Source: Octopus vulgaris
Taxonomy: Eukaryota
Assembly (NCBI GenBank): GCA_951406725.2
Contig: OX597821.1
Span: 16,678,001 to 16,742,000, forward strand
DNA length: 64,000 nucleotides
Reading direction: 5' to 3'
Every line of letters begins with the position of its first letter. The stretch's first letter is position 1. The notes beneath the pieces were generated by a model. The model had not been told where the DNA came from. It was given only the letters and a program-made list of their open reading frames with translations, and ran no database searches. Below, in pieces: positions 25,400 to 38,190 of this stretch. The position numbers and the translations under genes are program-made.

Positions 25400-27310
25400 T
25401 TTGTCATCGTTCGCGAGGAAGATCGTGAGGAACCTCCGCAGTCTTTTATGTGTCTTCTGTACCCAACTATCTACTTGTTCATTTTCTATCGTTCTCCAAC
25501 TTCTCAAAATTGTTCTGTTATACTGTGACATCGATAACTTTCCATAACTTTGCGAATATATTCGTCTTTGGTGATTTTAATATTCACCATAAACTATAGC
25601 TTAAGGTTTTTTATAGCACGAGTACATCGTGCATTGAAGTGTATAATTTTACACGCTCTCAATTGCTCACACTACTCGTTAACTTTTCTACTTGCATTCC
25701 TGATCGCGATGCATAAACTTCCTACCGTCTTAATCTCTTTTTGGTATCTGTAAGGTTTGTCATGATTCTCCAATCGAGCGAACTACCCATTCTGTTGTTT
25801 TAGTTGACGTTTCACCGAATCGTTCTGCTTCCAAGGATTCCCCAATTCGTCTATGATCGTGGTGACTTGGAAAATTTTCGCGACTTTCTTCGCGACGTTC
25901 CTTGGACCGATATTTTTGCTAAACCTGCGGAGACCAGTGCTGGGGAAGTTACTACTTGGCTTTCCGATGGTATTAATACCTTCATACTCTCTAGCAAATA
26001 CCAGCTGAAACCGCATTCCTTACTCTGGTTTTCTTCTGCATGTGCTGCTACTATCACCCATCGTAATTATTTTTCCACTAGTTTCAACCAGAAAATTCTG
26101 CTGTGAAGAAACAGCTTTTCACCAATGCTCGCAATTACTGTAGGGCTGTCAGTCATAATGCTAATTCAGACTACGAGCAGTACATTAATGTAGGCATACC
26201 ATCTCCAAAGTAGGTTCTGGTGATGCCTGGAGAATTATTAAAAGTGTTAGAGGCAACAAAAAGTCATCTATTCCTCCTTTATTCAACAGACCTGAGGTCT
26301 TGACAACATTTAATGATAAAGCAGAGCTCTTTGCTCAACTGTTTAGTTTTCACTCTATTCTCGATGACTCTGGTCATTCTCTTTCTGATTTTCTTCTCAA
26401 AACCGATTAACTGCTAAACAATTGTCATATTACTTCTGCTAGCGTGGCGGCCATTGTGGCAAGGTTGGATCCATCTAAGGCAACTAGATCTGATGGTATT
26501 CTAGTCATTGTTCTTCTGAAGCGCTCTCCTGAGTTGTCCTCTGTTTTATCTAGGCTCTTTGGCTAGTGCATCTCAGAATCTTGTTTTCCTACTAGATAGA
26601 AATTTTCCACTGTTGTTCCTGTCTTTAAGAACTATGTTGATCGACCTAATCCTCGTAATTATAGACCAATTCGTCTACTACGAATTATCAGTAAGGTTTT
26701 TGAGTGCTTGACTAATGACCCTCTTGTAAAATATCTTGACTCAAATCGTTTCCTACTACTGTTATATGGATTCCGCGCCAGACGGTCTTCTGCTCATCTT
26801 CTCACTATTATATCCGAGCGTGTTTAGGGTGCCTTGAATATATCCAATCAATCTAGGGCGGATGTGCATGATATCTCTAAAACATTTTATAGGTTTTGGC
26901 ATGCTGGAATTCTATGGAAGCTCCAATCCTTGGGTGCCTCAAGTTTCATGCTGAAAATCATCTTCTCCCTCCATTATGACTGTAAGATCAAGGTTGGTTT
27001 TAATGAGCAGTCTTCGTGTAGTTATTCTATTAATTCTGGGGATCCTCAAGGATATGCCCTGGGCTCAACTCTCTTCATTTCATCAATGTTCTCTTTGATC
27101 ATATCATCTGTCAGCTAGTAATCTATGCTGAGGACTCTAATTTGTACTCTTGTTTAGACATATCTGTTATGGTTGAGATAGCTTCTAGCTTTGAGGATCA
27201 TCGTCGGTCTGTTGTTGAATAGGGTAGCATATTGCTTGTAACGTTGAATCCATCGAAAACTTAACTTCTTTCAATTAATCGCTTCAGTTATCCTTTCCTG
27301 ACCTCCAAAT
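25400..27310 (+). mobile_element. Degenerate CR1/Jockey-group LINE (end of APE domain plus RT)
   Basis: Interrupted motifs GDFNIHH, NYRPIRLL, YGFRARRS, DISKTFYRFWHAG, INSGDPQG..LGSTLF, IYAED; many stops. Confidence 0.85.
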
Positions 27311-28610
27311 TTTTAAGTCTAATATACATCGTCACCTACAGACGTCTGTCTAGCTCCATTTTATTCTAGTAGTTCTTAAGTTTCCAGTGGTGTAAGGACT
27401 CTGTAACGGGTGAATACTTTAAAAAATATGTAAAACAATATATACATAGAGAGAAGTGGTAATCACGGATAGGATTGAATGCATCACCTTAATGGTGTGT
27501 TCAATTCAGGGTGACATAGAATATAAAAGAAGAACATTGATTTCGTGCTAGTTTTCATTTTCATTAGAATCTCAACACGTTTCATCGTACATACATAAAC
27601 CGAAAAAAAGAAACACGAAATAAGAGGCAACATAATCATTGAATAAAATCAGAGATTCAATACATCGTAGCATACTTGATAGGTCTTAATTATGTCTCAT
27701 ATCTCATTCTAAATAAAAACACACATTTACGATGCAAAATGCACCTTAAAATATTATATTACTTTTTTATAATTGTTATAGTTAACAATGTAGACTCAAA
27801 ACCTTTCTATCAAAGCAATACATCGCTTTATGATATTCAACGACGAAAAATTTCTATTTATTTGGCAATAGTTTTCAAACTCACAGTCTAAAATACGCCA
27901 TTATTACGTGACATTATCTTGAAACATAAATAACGTCAAGAAGATTAGTTTATAACTTGAAAATGACGTGATGTCTTCTACGAAAGCGCATGTTATAATT
28001 CTTAATTTGAATAAACATTTGCAAGATAATTCTAGTATATACTTTTTCCAGTTTACTCTCGCCTTCTCTCTGAAGGGCAGTTATAGGAATTAACAAAAAA
28101 ACGTCAATAAATTTCCTTATAAAGTGGTCATAAATTGCATCAATTTATAGTTTGAACAGGAAAGAAGATCATACAACATGTACAGAAACAAACAAAACCA
28201 CACATATGTACACACGGAAGTGTGTGTATTTGCTTAATTTTGAGGGTGAATTTCAGGTTATATGATAACGACGAATCAGTGCAGACGTCTCTTGCATTAA
28301 TAAGCAGCAGGAAATAATTTTATCTGCTTGCAGTACGGCCCTGTTTATTAGGTACCAAATTTATGAATATTCTCTGTTATTAATGAGCATGATTTAAAGA
28401 TACGAAGTTTAAAATATCTAAAAGGTAGAATTATGAATGCCTGAGTTTTAAATAACAAAAGTTATTGTATTTTAACGCCAACTCTGAGAAATGCCAGAAA
28501 GTTAGTTATTCATAGGCAGTCACCTGAAATATATTATATAACGTGAAGCATGTATATTTATATATGTATGTATATATATTAAACTGTATAATAGTATATT
28601 TCATATTTAA

Positions 28611-30813
28611 CACTTGGTGTACCAAAGAAAATATCACTAATTACCAACTGGGTCCAATGGACCCAAAATTACCCTTTTGATTAATTTTATTTAAACTTAC
28701 GCTATTTTTTAGCTACATTATATATGCTATCAGATGAATGAAGAATTACTATTTCTTGCATATTTTAATAAAAAATACCGGTTGAAAACGTGTAATAAAT
28801 TTTTTAAATTATAAAAATACAGAATTACAGCTCTTCATGGCAGTGAATGCAGACTTCATTGGAATGTTCTTGGCAAACATGATTACAATTCTTACATGCA
28901 GTACGAGTTTTTCCTGTCTTTTGGAGGGCCACACAAAGAACATCTTCCTTTTTTCTTTGTCTCAGGAATATCAAATGAGGTTGAATATCGTCTTCTTTTC
29001 TTGTTTGGTAGAGAAATGTTAACGGAAGTAGAAGATTATGTCCTATGTTCAGTTTTTTTTTTAGCACTTTTTGAATCAATTGAAAGCGGGTAGTGCATTG
29101 TAGTCATAAGTGTGACTACATAATTTATCTTGGGACAATAAGATAGGATCATAAAATCCTTTTGAAATCCAAATATTGTGCTGTTGATCTCTCTTTCTTT
29201 TCAATTTAGGATAGCACATGGAAGTTCAACTCTGTTCTTTCTAATTGTTCCAAATAAAGTGCTTTTCTTGTTAAGCAGCTTTCAAGCCAGTCCTAGACTT
29301 GTAAAGGAATGATCACAAGTTGTATTGCGACCAGTATTTTCAAGTTATTTTATTAGGTCTTCAACAACTCTTGAACCTTGATTTGTCTCTCTCCCTTTTA
29401 CTGGATCTTTCCCAGTGTAGATTTGCATTTTCCAGGCATAAGATGTTTCACTGTCGCATATTGCCCAAATTCTAATTCCATATTTCTCTGGTTTTAAATG
29501 AATATATGCCCGGAAGAGGCAGCGCCCTCTGAATGAAACTAATTCTTCATCAAATGCCATGCATGAACTTGGAACATATCCATCTTGCAAATTCTGATTC
29601 CACTTATCAAATACGTCTCTTATGGACTCTACTTCCCTTTTTTCTTCTTGCAATAGCATAATTAAAACGCAATAATTGTAAAATCTGTTAAAATCTTGCC
29701 CGGTTCATTTTCATGTTTAGATATATAAACACCTATAAGAATAATTAGTTCAATGAATTTCTTTAATTCAGGGTGATCAATTTCCATTTATCATTGTAAA
29801 CAATCTGACCTTCAACGTCTGTCTATTTAGGAATTACTTCAAGATGATTCTGGCCCAGAAAGTTAGTAAAACAAGTTTCAATGCTATCGCAAGACCTTTT
29901 CGCAAAACGGTGTGAGCCGCATTCTTGGCGCACAATATTGCAAGATGAAGTTCTTACTGATTCTTGACTCAGAGGATTAGAAGGCCAAACTTCTTGTCTG
30001 TCTTTAGAAACATATTGTTCATTCATAATTGGGTTGCTTGCAGATAACTGTTTTTGAATATCTTCATCATCTGATGACACAACCTAAACTGTCCAGCATA
30101 CAATCACTTTCACCATCATCTTCAGAGCAATAGAAAGAATCACTATTATCTACTACCCATTCTTCATAACCCATTCTTCAATAACCTTTTCGATATTTGG
30201 TCTTCACTCAAGATTTTATGTCTAGGCATATAGGAGAACATAACTGAACTACATGAAATTTGATAGCAGACTAAAGGCAGATATTGCTCTCTCGCATATT
30301 TATACTCTCCTGAAAGATGATGCAATATATTGTAATAATTGCGTCATCACATAGAAATATTGCATCACCCTATAACCTAGCTGATTGAGGGCGACGCAAC
30401 ACCACAGAAATTTACAGGGATATTTTCGTAATTTTTCCTGTTGAATCTAAAATTCAGCAAATAAATTGAATATAAAGTCACCAGAGTATTTAAATCGAAT
30501 ACAATTTTATCTAATTTATATCTGATAAATATCTAGGAACATAATATTTGATATTGCTTTAATCTGTTTAGAATGACAAGAGTAGCGTCTGAATTTAATT
30601 CGAGGGTCCAATAGACCAATATGGATATTAATGCATAAGGTGAAATTTTCTAGTCTTTATAAACATACACACAATTGCCCATTTGAAAATAAAGGAGAGT
30701 CAATGAAAAATAAGAGTCACGGGAAATCAGCAGAATCAAATAATATAAAGAGTAGGAAAAAGCAACTGAAAAAGACTGAAATGGGTCCATTGGACCCATT
30801 CGTAGGCAGAAGG
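28611..30813 (-). mobile_element. piggyBac-family transposon, internally deleted and degenerate
   Basis: TTAA at 28607-28610 and 30814-30817; subterminal GGGTCCAATGGACCC at both ends. Transposase remnants: DEELVSFRGRCLFRAYI..KPEKYGIRIWAICD, CDHSFTS and the Cys-rich tail CKNCNHVCQEH..VCIHC. Confidence 0.92.
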
Positions 30814-30861
30814 TTAAGTACAATAAAGCATACTAAATGTTACATTAAATATACGCATTTT

Positions 30862-31111
30862 CTCTTATTCTTTTACTTATTTCAGTCATTCGACTGTGAC
30901 TATACTAGAGGACCAACTTAAAGGGTTTTTACCTGAAGAATTTGAGCCGAAGATTTATTTTTTGTGAGCGTAGTACTTACTCTATCGGTTTCTTTTCCCG
31001 ACCCGCTAAGTTACGGGGACGTAAACGCACCAACATCTGTCGCCAAGTGATGTTCGGGGACAAACACAGACACAAAAGCTTCATAGATCAATATATACAT
31101 ATACATACATT

Positions 31112-31183
<72 letters not shown>

Positions 31184-31329
31184 AATTGAGATAGGGGTTA
31201 TACACTGATTTGTTCTGCTTTTTATATTTAACCCTACAGTCTCTAATGTGGTGGTTTAATAAAGTATGTGATTGAGTATTATCTGGTAATTGATATTTGA
31301 TTATGATGTATTTCTCCATTTTCTTATCT

Positions 31330-31389
<60 letters not shown>

Positions 31390-31494
31390 CGTGATCGACC
31401 AGGCGATCAGATGCTGCTACACATCGCTGGTCACAATGCGCTTCGCATTATTTTAGCCTTCAAATGACGCCACCCCGCTGGCTAAGCGAGCAGG

Positions 31495-31547
<53 letters not shown>

Positions 31548-31722
31548 GTTTGTGTGTATATATATACACGACTGGCTTCTTTTAGTTTCTGTCTACCAAA
31601 TCCACCAATGAGGCTTTGGTGACGCCGCAGCTATAATAGAAGACAGTTGCTCAACTTACCACGTAGTGGGACTGGACCCGTAGCCATGTGATTGGGAAGG
31701 AAGTTTCTTATTGCATAGCCAC
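30862..31722 (-). mobile_element. tRNA-derived SINE with secondary insertions in its internal (TA)n
   Basis: The 3' half (30862-31075) and 5' half (31565-31722) match the 56105 family and are separated by expanded (TA)n holding two unrelated inserts. Confidence 0.85.
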
Positions 31723-33529
31723 GAATCTCAATACCTACAAGAGCTAGAGTATAATTAATCATTCAAGGCAGAAATAATATTTTATTATAGAACAATCACC
31801 GCTTCGTGAGTCACATGATTTTCGTGAGCTTTTCATTATGCAAAACATCTCATATATCAGAAGTACTGAAAATATTTTATATTGCAAAGCCTAGCAGTCG
31901 GTGACGTAAGAATGTAATATTAATTTTTGCTGTTAAAATGCAGAAAGAAGCGAATGCCACCATACGAGGGGTTTCATTCTCTGTTTAATGAACGTCTAAG
32001 AAGTTGGATATGGTTTCCTGTGCTAACAATCTGCATGCGGTGTTCAAGTTTTATATAAAGCTGTCAGCAATTAGCCTGGCAATATGGTGGATAAGCCTAC
32101 TTTGCATATTTGTTAATGTACAACACAGAGTAAACCAGAATTGAAATAAATTTAAATGCTACTCTGCGCTGGGTTAAATAGAAATGTAAGCACATTTTCC
32201 GATGGGATTGATGTTACTTCATTTAGCAGCTAAATGCAATATACTTTAGAATATGAGAAGAAACTGGTACGGCTTCATTGCATAGGGGCTAACAAACCGT
32301 GGAAGCATCCACAGGATAATACCGTCTGTTTTCCATTGAAAATGAGCATGATAATCTGTTTTTATATTTCTATTTGATCTATAGTAAGGTATTGTAATAT
32401 TTAAATTTTTATATCCAAAAGGGCTTTTCGATCCAAAATTTACACCATATTCTTTGTTGCTGTAGCAGATGTACTTCTAGCACCATTATTACAATAAAGA
32501 GTTACTTCACGTTCTAGAACATTTATAAAACTTCATTGACCTCAACAGCATGCAATCCTCGCTTGCATGATGTTTCTAAAACGGGTAGCTAAATTCGATG
32601 GACTGTTTGGTCCAGTGGTAGAATATTTGTCATGTCTACAATGGACGTGAATTGGTTTCAGGCGGGCTGCTCTCGGATTCTCATTTACACGAATAGTCTT
32701 TTCTACCCAATATTTACATGCCATATTTATATCTGTATTTACCTTACTATGAGAACCATTATTCCTCAAAACCATTACTTCGCATTCCCTCGAAAGGTTA
32801 TAAAATTTTCCTCTGTGTGTGTGTACAGATTTGGACCAGTGGTGAAATATTTGCTTGAAAACTTGTGTTGGTTTGTTTACGTCCTAGTAACTTTGCAGTT
32901 TAGCAAAAGTGATCCATTAAATAAGTACCAGGCTTAAAAGATAATTAGTAGTGGAGTTGATTCGTTCAACCGAAACCTTGCATGACTGCAGACCAAAAGT
33001 ATTAAAAAATAAAAGATAAGTTTCGATTTGTAATATTTTTAAGATCACGTCTACTTTATTATCAACACCTCTTTATATTTGGAACTGCCTTGCTCTGATA
33101 GCCAACGATATCTGCATGTGAGATTTTACATGATACCGACATATTCTTAGTTCTCTCAGAAATAATATTATCAACAGGTTTGTGAAGCATTCATAAATCC
33201 CAGGAACACAAATCACAAGAACTGAAGTTGTTAAAAATTCAAAATAGACGCAATGAAATTATTGATTTCTTCAAAAAGTTTTAACAAGTTTTATTGGCCG
33301 TTTTATTTGATGGCAATGTCTTAATGCTTTGTTTATACTGAGGCTATATTTTGCATTTTGTTTGTGCGTAGATTTATTTAAAACGAGACAAAATCCATCT
33401 TAAATTAATCGCATGCGTAGCTTCGTTAGATGTACAGATACATTTAACATTCAATCCGATCATTATACAGAATATAGGGAAACGGACATAGGACGAAAAT
33501 ATTTATATACATACAAGCGTAAAAAAATA

Positions 33530-33596
33530 CGTAGGTAGATGGATAGACATAGAAAGATAGAGATAAAGACAGAGAGAGAGAGATAGAGACAGACAT

Positions 33597-33669
<73 letters not shown>

Positions 33670-33733
33670 CAGGTTATTATTTCTTTCTTCTCAGGGATAT
33701 CCTTCCGACGGATTTCAGTATAGAGTGTCCTAA

Positions 33734-33813
<80 letters not shown>

Positions 33814-33864
33814 ACATACATACATGCATACATACATACATACATATATAGTTAGATAGGTAGG

Positions 33865-33943
<79 letters not shown>

Positions 33944-33945
33944 AT
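33530..33945. repeat. (GATA)n / (TATC)n / (GATA)n arrays in alternating orientation
   Basis: GATA about 33597-33668, TATC about 33735-33812, GATA about 33854-33941. Confidence 0.97.
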
Positions 33946-34171
33946 AGAGCGAGGGGGGAGGCTGAGATAGATAAATGTGTGCATGTATGTGTTAGTTGCC
34001 CTGGTTTTATGTAGTTTTATTTTTCGTCGCAGAATTCAGGCACGTAACAAATAAAATACCACGTCCTTTTGTTAAATTCGAAACAATTCTTGGTTTTATG
34101 GTTATCTGAATAAAGTGGTATTTTGGAATAAAATATACGTGTGTAAATGTGTATGTGTGTACTCGTATATA

Positions 34172-34522
34172 TCTTTTACTTTTTACTTGTTTCAGTTATT
34201 AGACTACGGCAATGCTGGGGCACGACCTAGAATAATTTTAGACGAATGTATCGACCCTAGTACACTTTACCTGAACCGCTAAGTTATGGGGACAGAATCA
34301 CACCAACACCGGTTCTCAAATGGTGAAGGGGAACAAACACAGACATACACACAGGTACATATACATATATACGACGGGCCTCTTTCAGTTTCTATACACA
34401 AAATCCATTCACATGGTATTGGTCAGCCTAAGAGACTTGCCCAAGATGCCATACAATGTGACTGAACCCGGAACCGTATGGTTGGGAAGCAAGCATTTTA
34501 CTACACAACCATGTCTGCGCCT
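34172..34522 (-). mobile_element. tRNA-derived SINE (degenerate, with deletions)
   Basis: Collinear with the 44256 and 56105 copies. Confidence 0.85.
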
Positions 34523-34527
34523 GTAAA

Positions 34528-34928
34528 TCTTTTTTACTTGTTTAAATCATTTCACTGTGGCCATGTTGTAGCACCACCTTTAGTTGAGCAAATCGACCCC
34601 AGGACTTATTCTTTGTAAGCTTAGTACTTATTCTATCCGTCTCTTTTGCCGAACCGCTAAGTTACAGAGACGTAAATACACCGGCATCAGTTGTCAAGCG
34701 ATGTTGGGGAGACAAACACAGACATACAAACACAGACGCACAAACACATATATATACATATACAGGACATGCTTCTTTCAGTTTCCATCTACGAAATACA
34801 CTCACAAAGCTTTGGTCGGCCCGAGGCAACAGTAGAGGACACTTGCCCAAGGTGCTACGCAGTGGGAATGAACCTGAAACCATGTGGATGGTAAGCAAGC
34901 TACTTACCACACAGCGACTCCTGCGCCT
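34528..34928 (-). mobile_element. tRNA-derived SINE, full length
   Basis: Collinear with 44256-44653; directly in tandem with the previous copy. Confidence 0.92.
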
Positions 34929-35799
34929 ATATATATATATATATATATACATATATGTGTGTATTCTATATGTATGTGGGGTTTTGTAAGTGTCATCTGT
35001 CCATGAATCACAAATGGAGTTTCGTGAGTTATGTTTTTGTATCTCGGTAAATATATGTTTGCATGAATTTGTGTGTATTCCTCTAGTTTATTGTATTTTA
35101 TGTTAATTATGTTACTATTAAATTTAGCAGGGGAATATATTTGTAACTAAATGCAAACTGAAATCAATCGTATTCCTTGAATTGCTTTGATAGAAAAGGA
35201 AAAAAATGTCGACATGTTATCAGTTCCACTAACAGATCAAACAGTGAATATCCGAATAATAAAATCTGTAGTGTTGCACAATGCTGACAGCTTTGGCATG
35301 AAAGCTACTCATTGAAACAAACGTTGTTAAAATGTAGAACATTAAAAGCAGAGAAAGGAAAAAGTTTATTGCGAAGCAGAAAATGTATTACTTCCATTTT
35401 ACAAACTTGCAGACGTTCTTTTGTTTTTCCTCTAGTCTGATGCACTGTTTGAGTTATCCTCGATTTAGGGGAAAGGCAGCGTATTGTGGTAATTATAATG
35501 TCGTTATTGATTGACTAAAATAAATTTAAATTGACATTCAATCGCTCTCGTTGTTTCTCTGAATGAAAACGGGATTTGTAAGAAAAATACGGTTATTTCA
35601 AGTATGTTCTAAATATATGATAATTACCTGTGAATTATGAAATTATAGGCATTTATAAAATATATTATTAAAGGAAATATGTAGCATTATAGAGTGGTAG
35701 CTACATACTAAACTATTCTCTAGTGATATATAATATATCACCGCTTTCATTCTACAAAATCTATAAGTTTTCGGCGTGAATCTCATAAAAGCGCCATAT

Positions 35800-36779
35800 T
35801 GTCGTGGAGATAATAGTATCAATGGCAACCCCTCGCACGTGATGAGTGGTATGTGATAGCCACTATAAATAAGGCGACGTCGGTCAGTATAGAGAGAGAG
35901 TAAGAAGCTGACGGTCGTAGATAATCGTGTCATTAATGGTATCAAAGTTACATTCACAACATAAATAATGTAAGGGCCCCTCTCAGTGATCTGTTCAAAG
36001 ACAAATACAATATGGTGTTGGATTGATGTGCCAAAAGGCACTTGACAAGATAAAAAGCATTTTAACATCGGTCCTATCGTTAACGCATTTTGATCCAAAG
36101 TTGGATATCGTATTGGCTACAGATGCCAGTGATTACAGTGTCGGAGCCGTGCTACTGCACAAATATGACGATGAAACGGAAAAAGGCTATAGCCCATGCG
36201 TCACGATCGTTGTTACCAGCTGAAAGAAACTATAGTCAAAGAGAAAAGGAAGTGGTAGGATTCATATTCGTGTGAAAAAATTCCATGGATATATTCGTGG
36301 AAGGTGTTTCGGTCTACAAACGGATCATCGTCCACTACTGTTAATATCTGGTTCTAAGAAAGGAATACCAATGCCACCACAGGCGATTGAATTCAGGCGC
36401 ATAAGCGTAAAGAAAATGTACGGAGTTCCTGGAAGTGGATGCCAAACGAAACAATATTAAATGTCTAACTACGAAAAGCAAAAACTGAAAAATATTGAGG
36501 TGGGGTGACATAAAAAGTATTGCTATTAAAAGAAATAAAATGACATTCCCTAAGGAAAAAGAAAACAATTTTTTAGGGGAGATGTGGGAATAATAGAAAT
36601 AGTACATTGCTCTCACATGACGAGTGGTATGTGATAGTCGCTATAAATAAGGTGGCCATGGTCAGTATGGAGAGAGAGTACGAAGTAGACGGTCACAGAT
36701 AGTCGTGTCTTTACTAACCATACTGTTATATCAAGGGTCTAATTAACTATACTGCTATATTAGAGTGCACGTTTTAACA
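35800..36779 (+). mobile_element. Internally deleted Ty3/Gypsy LTR element
   Basis: Diverged direct repeats starting TG at 35800 and 36583 (gagtggtatgtgatag..ctataaataagg..ggtcagtat..gagagagta); purine tract agggga before the second; RNase H remnant LATDASDYSVGAVLLH..AHASRSLLPAERNYSQREKE..LQTDHRPL. Confidence 0.85.
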
Positions 36780-36889
36780 ATCCAACTTTAAGTATTGCAA
36801 CACATACAGACAATTCTCATAATATTCTGGTTCATGAAGTATAGAGATATTAGCATTTGACGTGTTTTCTTTTAGGTGACATATCCAGA

Positions 36890-38190
36890 ATGTAAGATGT
36901 AGGTGATATTGTCCCTCCACCATTCTCTGTTCTTTGTCGTCGGTAACGGTTCCAGCTCCTGATGTTTAATGCCTCTTTCTTCCAACCAGTTCTTCACGCT
37001 TAACATTTATATCATCCTTCTATTTCCTTAGCTTTTCTCTTCAATCGTCCTGGTCATCGTTAAATTCTCCAGAAATTCCTTCCTCATCACATGACCAAGA
37101 AATCTCAGTTGCCTGGCACTTACCTCACGAAGGAGTTTCCTATTTACCTCAGACCGGTTCATCACGTCTTCACTGGACAACTTAGACGTCCATGCAATAT
37201 ACTCCTTAAGAATCACATCTCACAGCTCTCGAACCATCTTCTAATGTCTGATTTTATAGAACATGCCTAATTTCCATACAATAACACAATGTAGCAGTTC
37301 AATATATGCTTATTGGTTTTGCTGCTGAAAGAACGATTTCTCAAGATGCAAATTTGAGAATGCAAATTTTGCTAGCTCTATTCAGGTTTTGATCTCCTTC
37401 ACACATCTTGCGTTTTCTGTGATCAAAGTTCCAAGGCAGTTGAAGTCTGATACCTGCTTAAGAATTTGACTGTTCATTTTCAGTTTGTACTTTTGATTTC
37501 CCCTCTTTGTCATCCCTATAGACTTTGTCTTTTAGCAATTTATAGACAGATCCTTCCTTTCACTTTCTCTGACCACTACATCCAGATGTCACTTAAGTTC
37601 CTCTTTCAATTCTGCAGGTGATATCTGCATATCTTATGTCTAAGATAAGATATGCACCCTGCTTTCTCTGACCACTACATCCAGATGTCACTGAAGTTCC
37701 TCTTTCATTTCTGCAGGTGATATCTGCATATCTTATGTCTATGATACGATATGCACCCTGCTGTACATTATTTCACTTTCTCTGACCACTACATCCAGAT
37801 GTCACTGAAGTTCCTCTTTCAATTCTGCAGGTGATATCTGCATATCGTATGTCTATGATAAGATATGCACCCTACTGTACATTATTTCACTTTCTCTGAC
37901 AACTACATCCAGATGCCACTGAAGTTCCTCTTTCAATTCTACAGGTGATATCTGCATATCTTATGTCTATGATACTTCTGTCTGCCATCCTTTTTCTTTC
38001 TTCAGTTCTCTTACGATTAATTACCTACAGCAATTGAAGAAGTCTGGCGACATGGCATATCCTTATCGAAACCCACTGCTGATGCAACGTTTGCAAAGTT
38101 AAACTGTCCAGTTCCAATCCCAAGTTATTCTGCTTCTTGTTCGCAAAAGTAAAATTCTCCGAATGATCTTCATAACGTGACTCATGAAAC
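36890..38190 (-). mobile_element. Degenerate RTE-clade LINE 3' fragment
   Basis: Minus strand: IRYADIT (decayed YADD), FNCLGTLITEN..CVKEIKT, RQLRFLGHVMRK, typical of the RTE RT C-terminus. Confidence 0.8.
37561..37974. repeat. Tandem repeat, about 4 units of 99-114 bp
   Basis: Units start near 37561, 37660, 37774 and 37888 (ctttctctgaccactacatccagatgtcactgaagttcctctttcaattctgcaggtgatatctgcatatcttatg). Confidence 0.95.

Noticed and set aside
32542-32937. Overlapping 77-aa and 101-aa ORFs
   Set aside because: No motif or homology that I recognise; lengths are compatible with chance.
37561-37974. CRISPR-like appearance of spaced repeats
   Set aside because: Units are contiguous near-identical ~114-bp copies with no unique spacers, lie inside an RTE fragment, and no cas genes are present.
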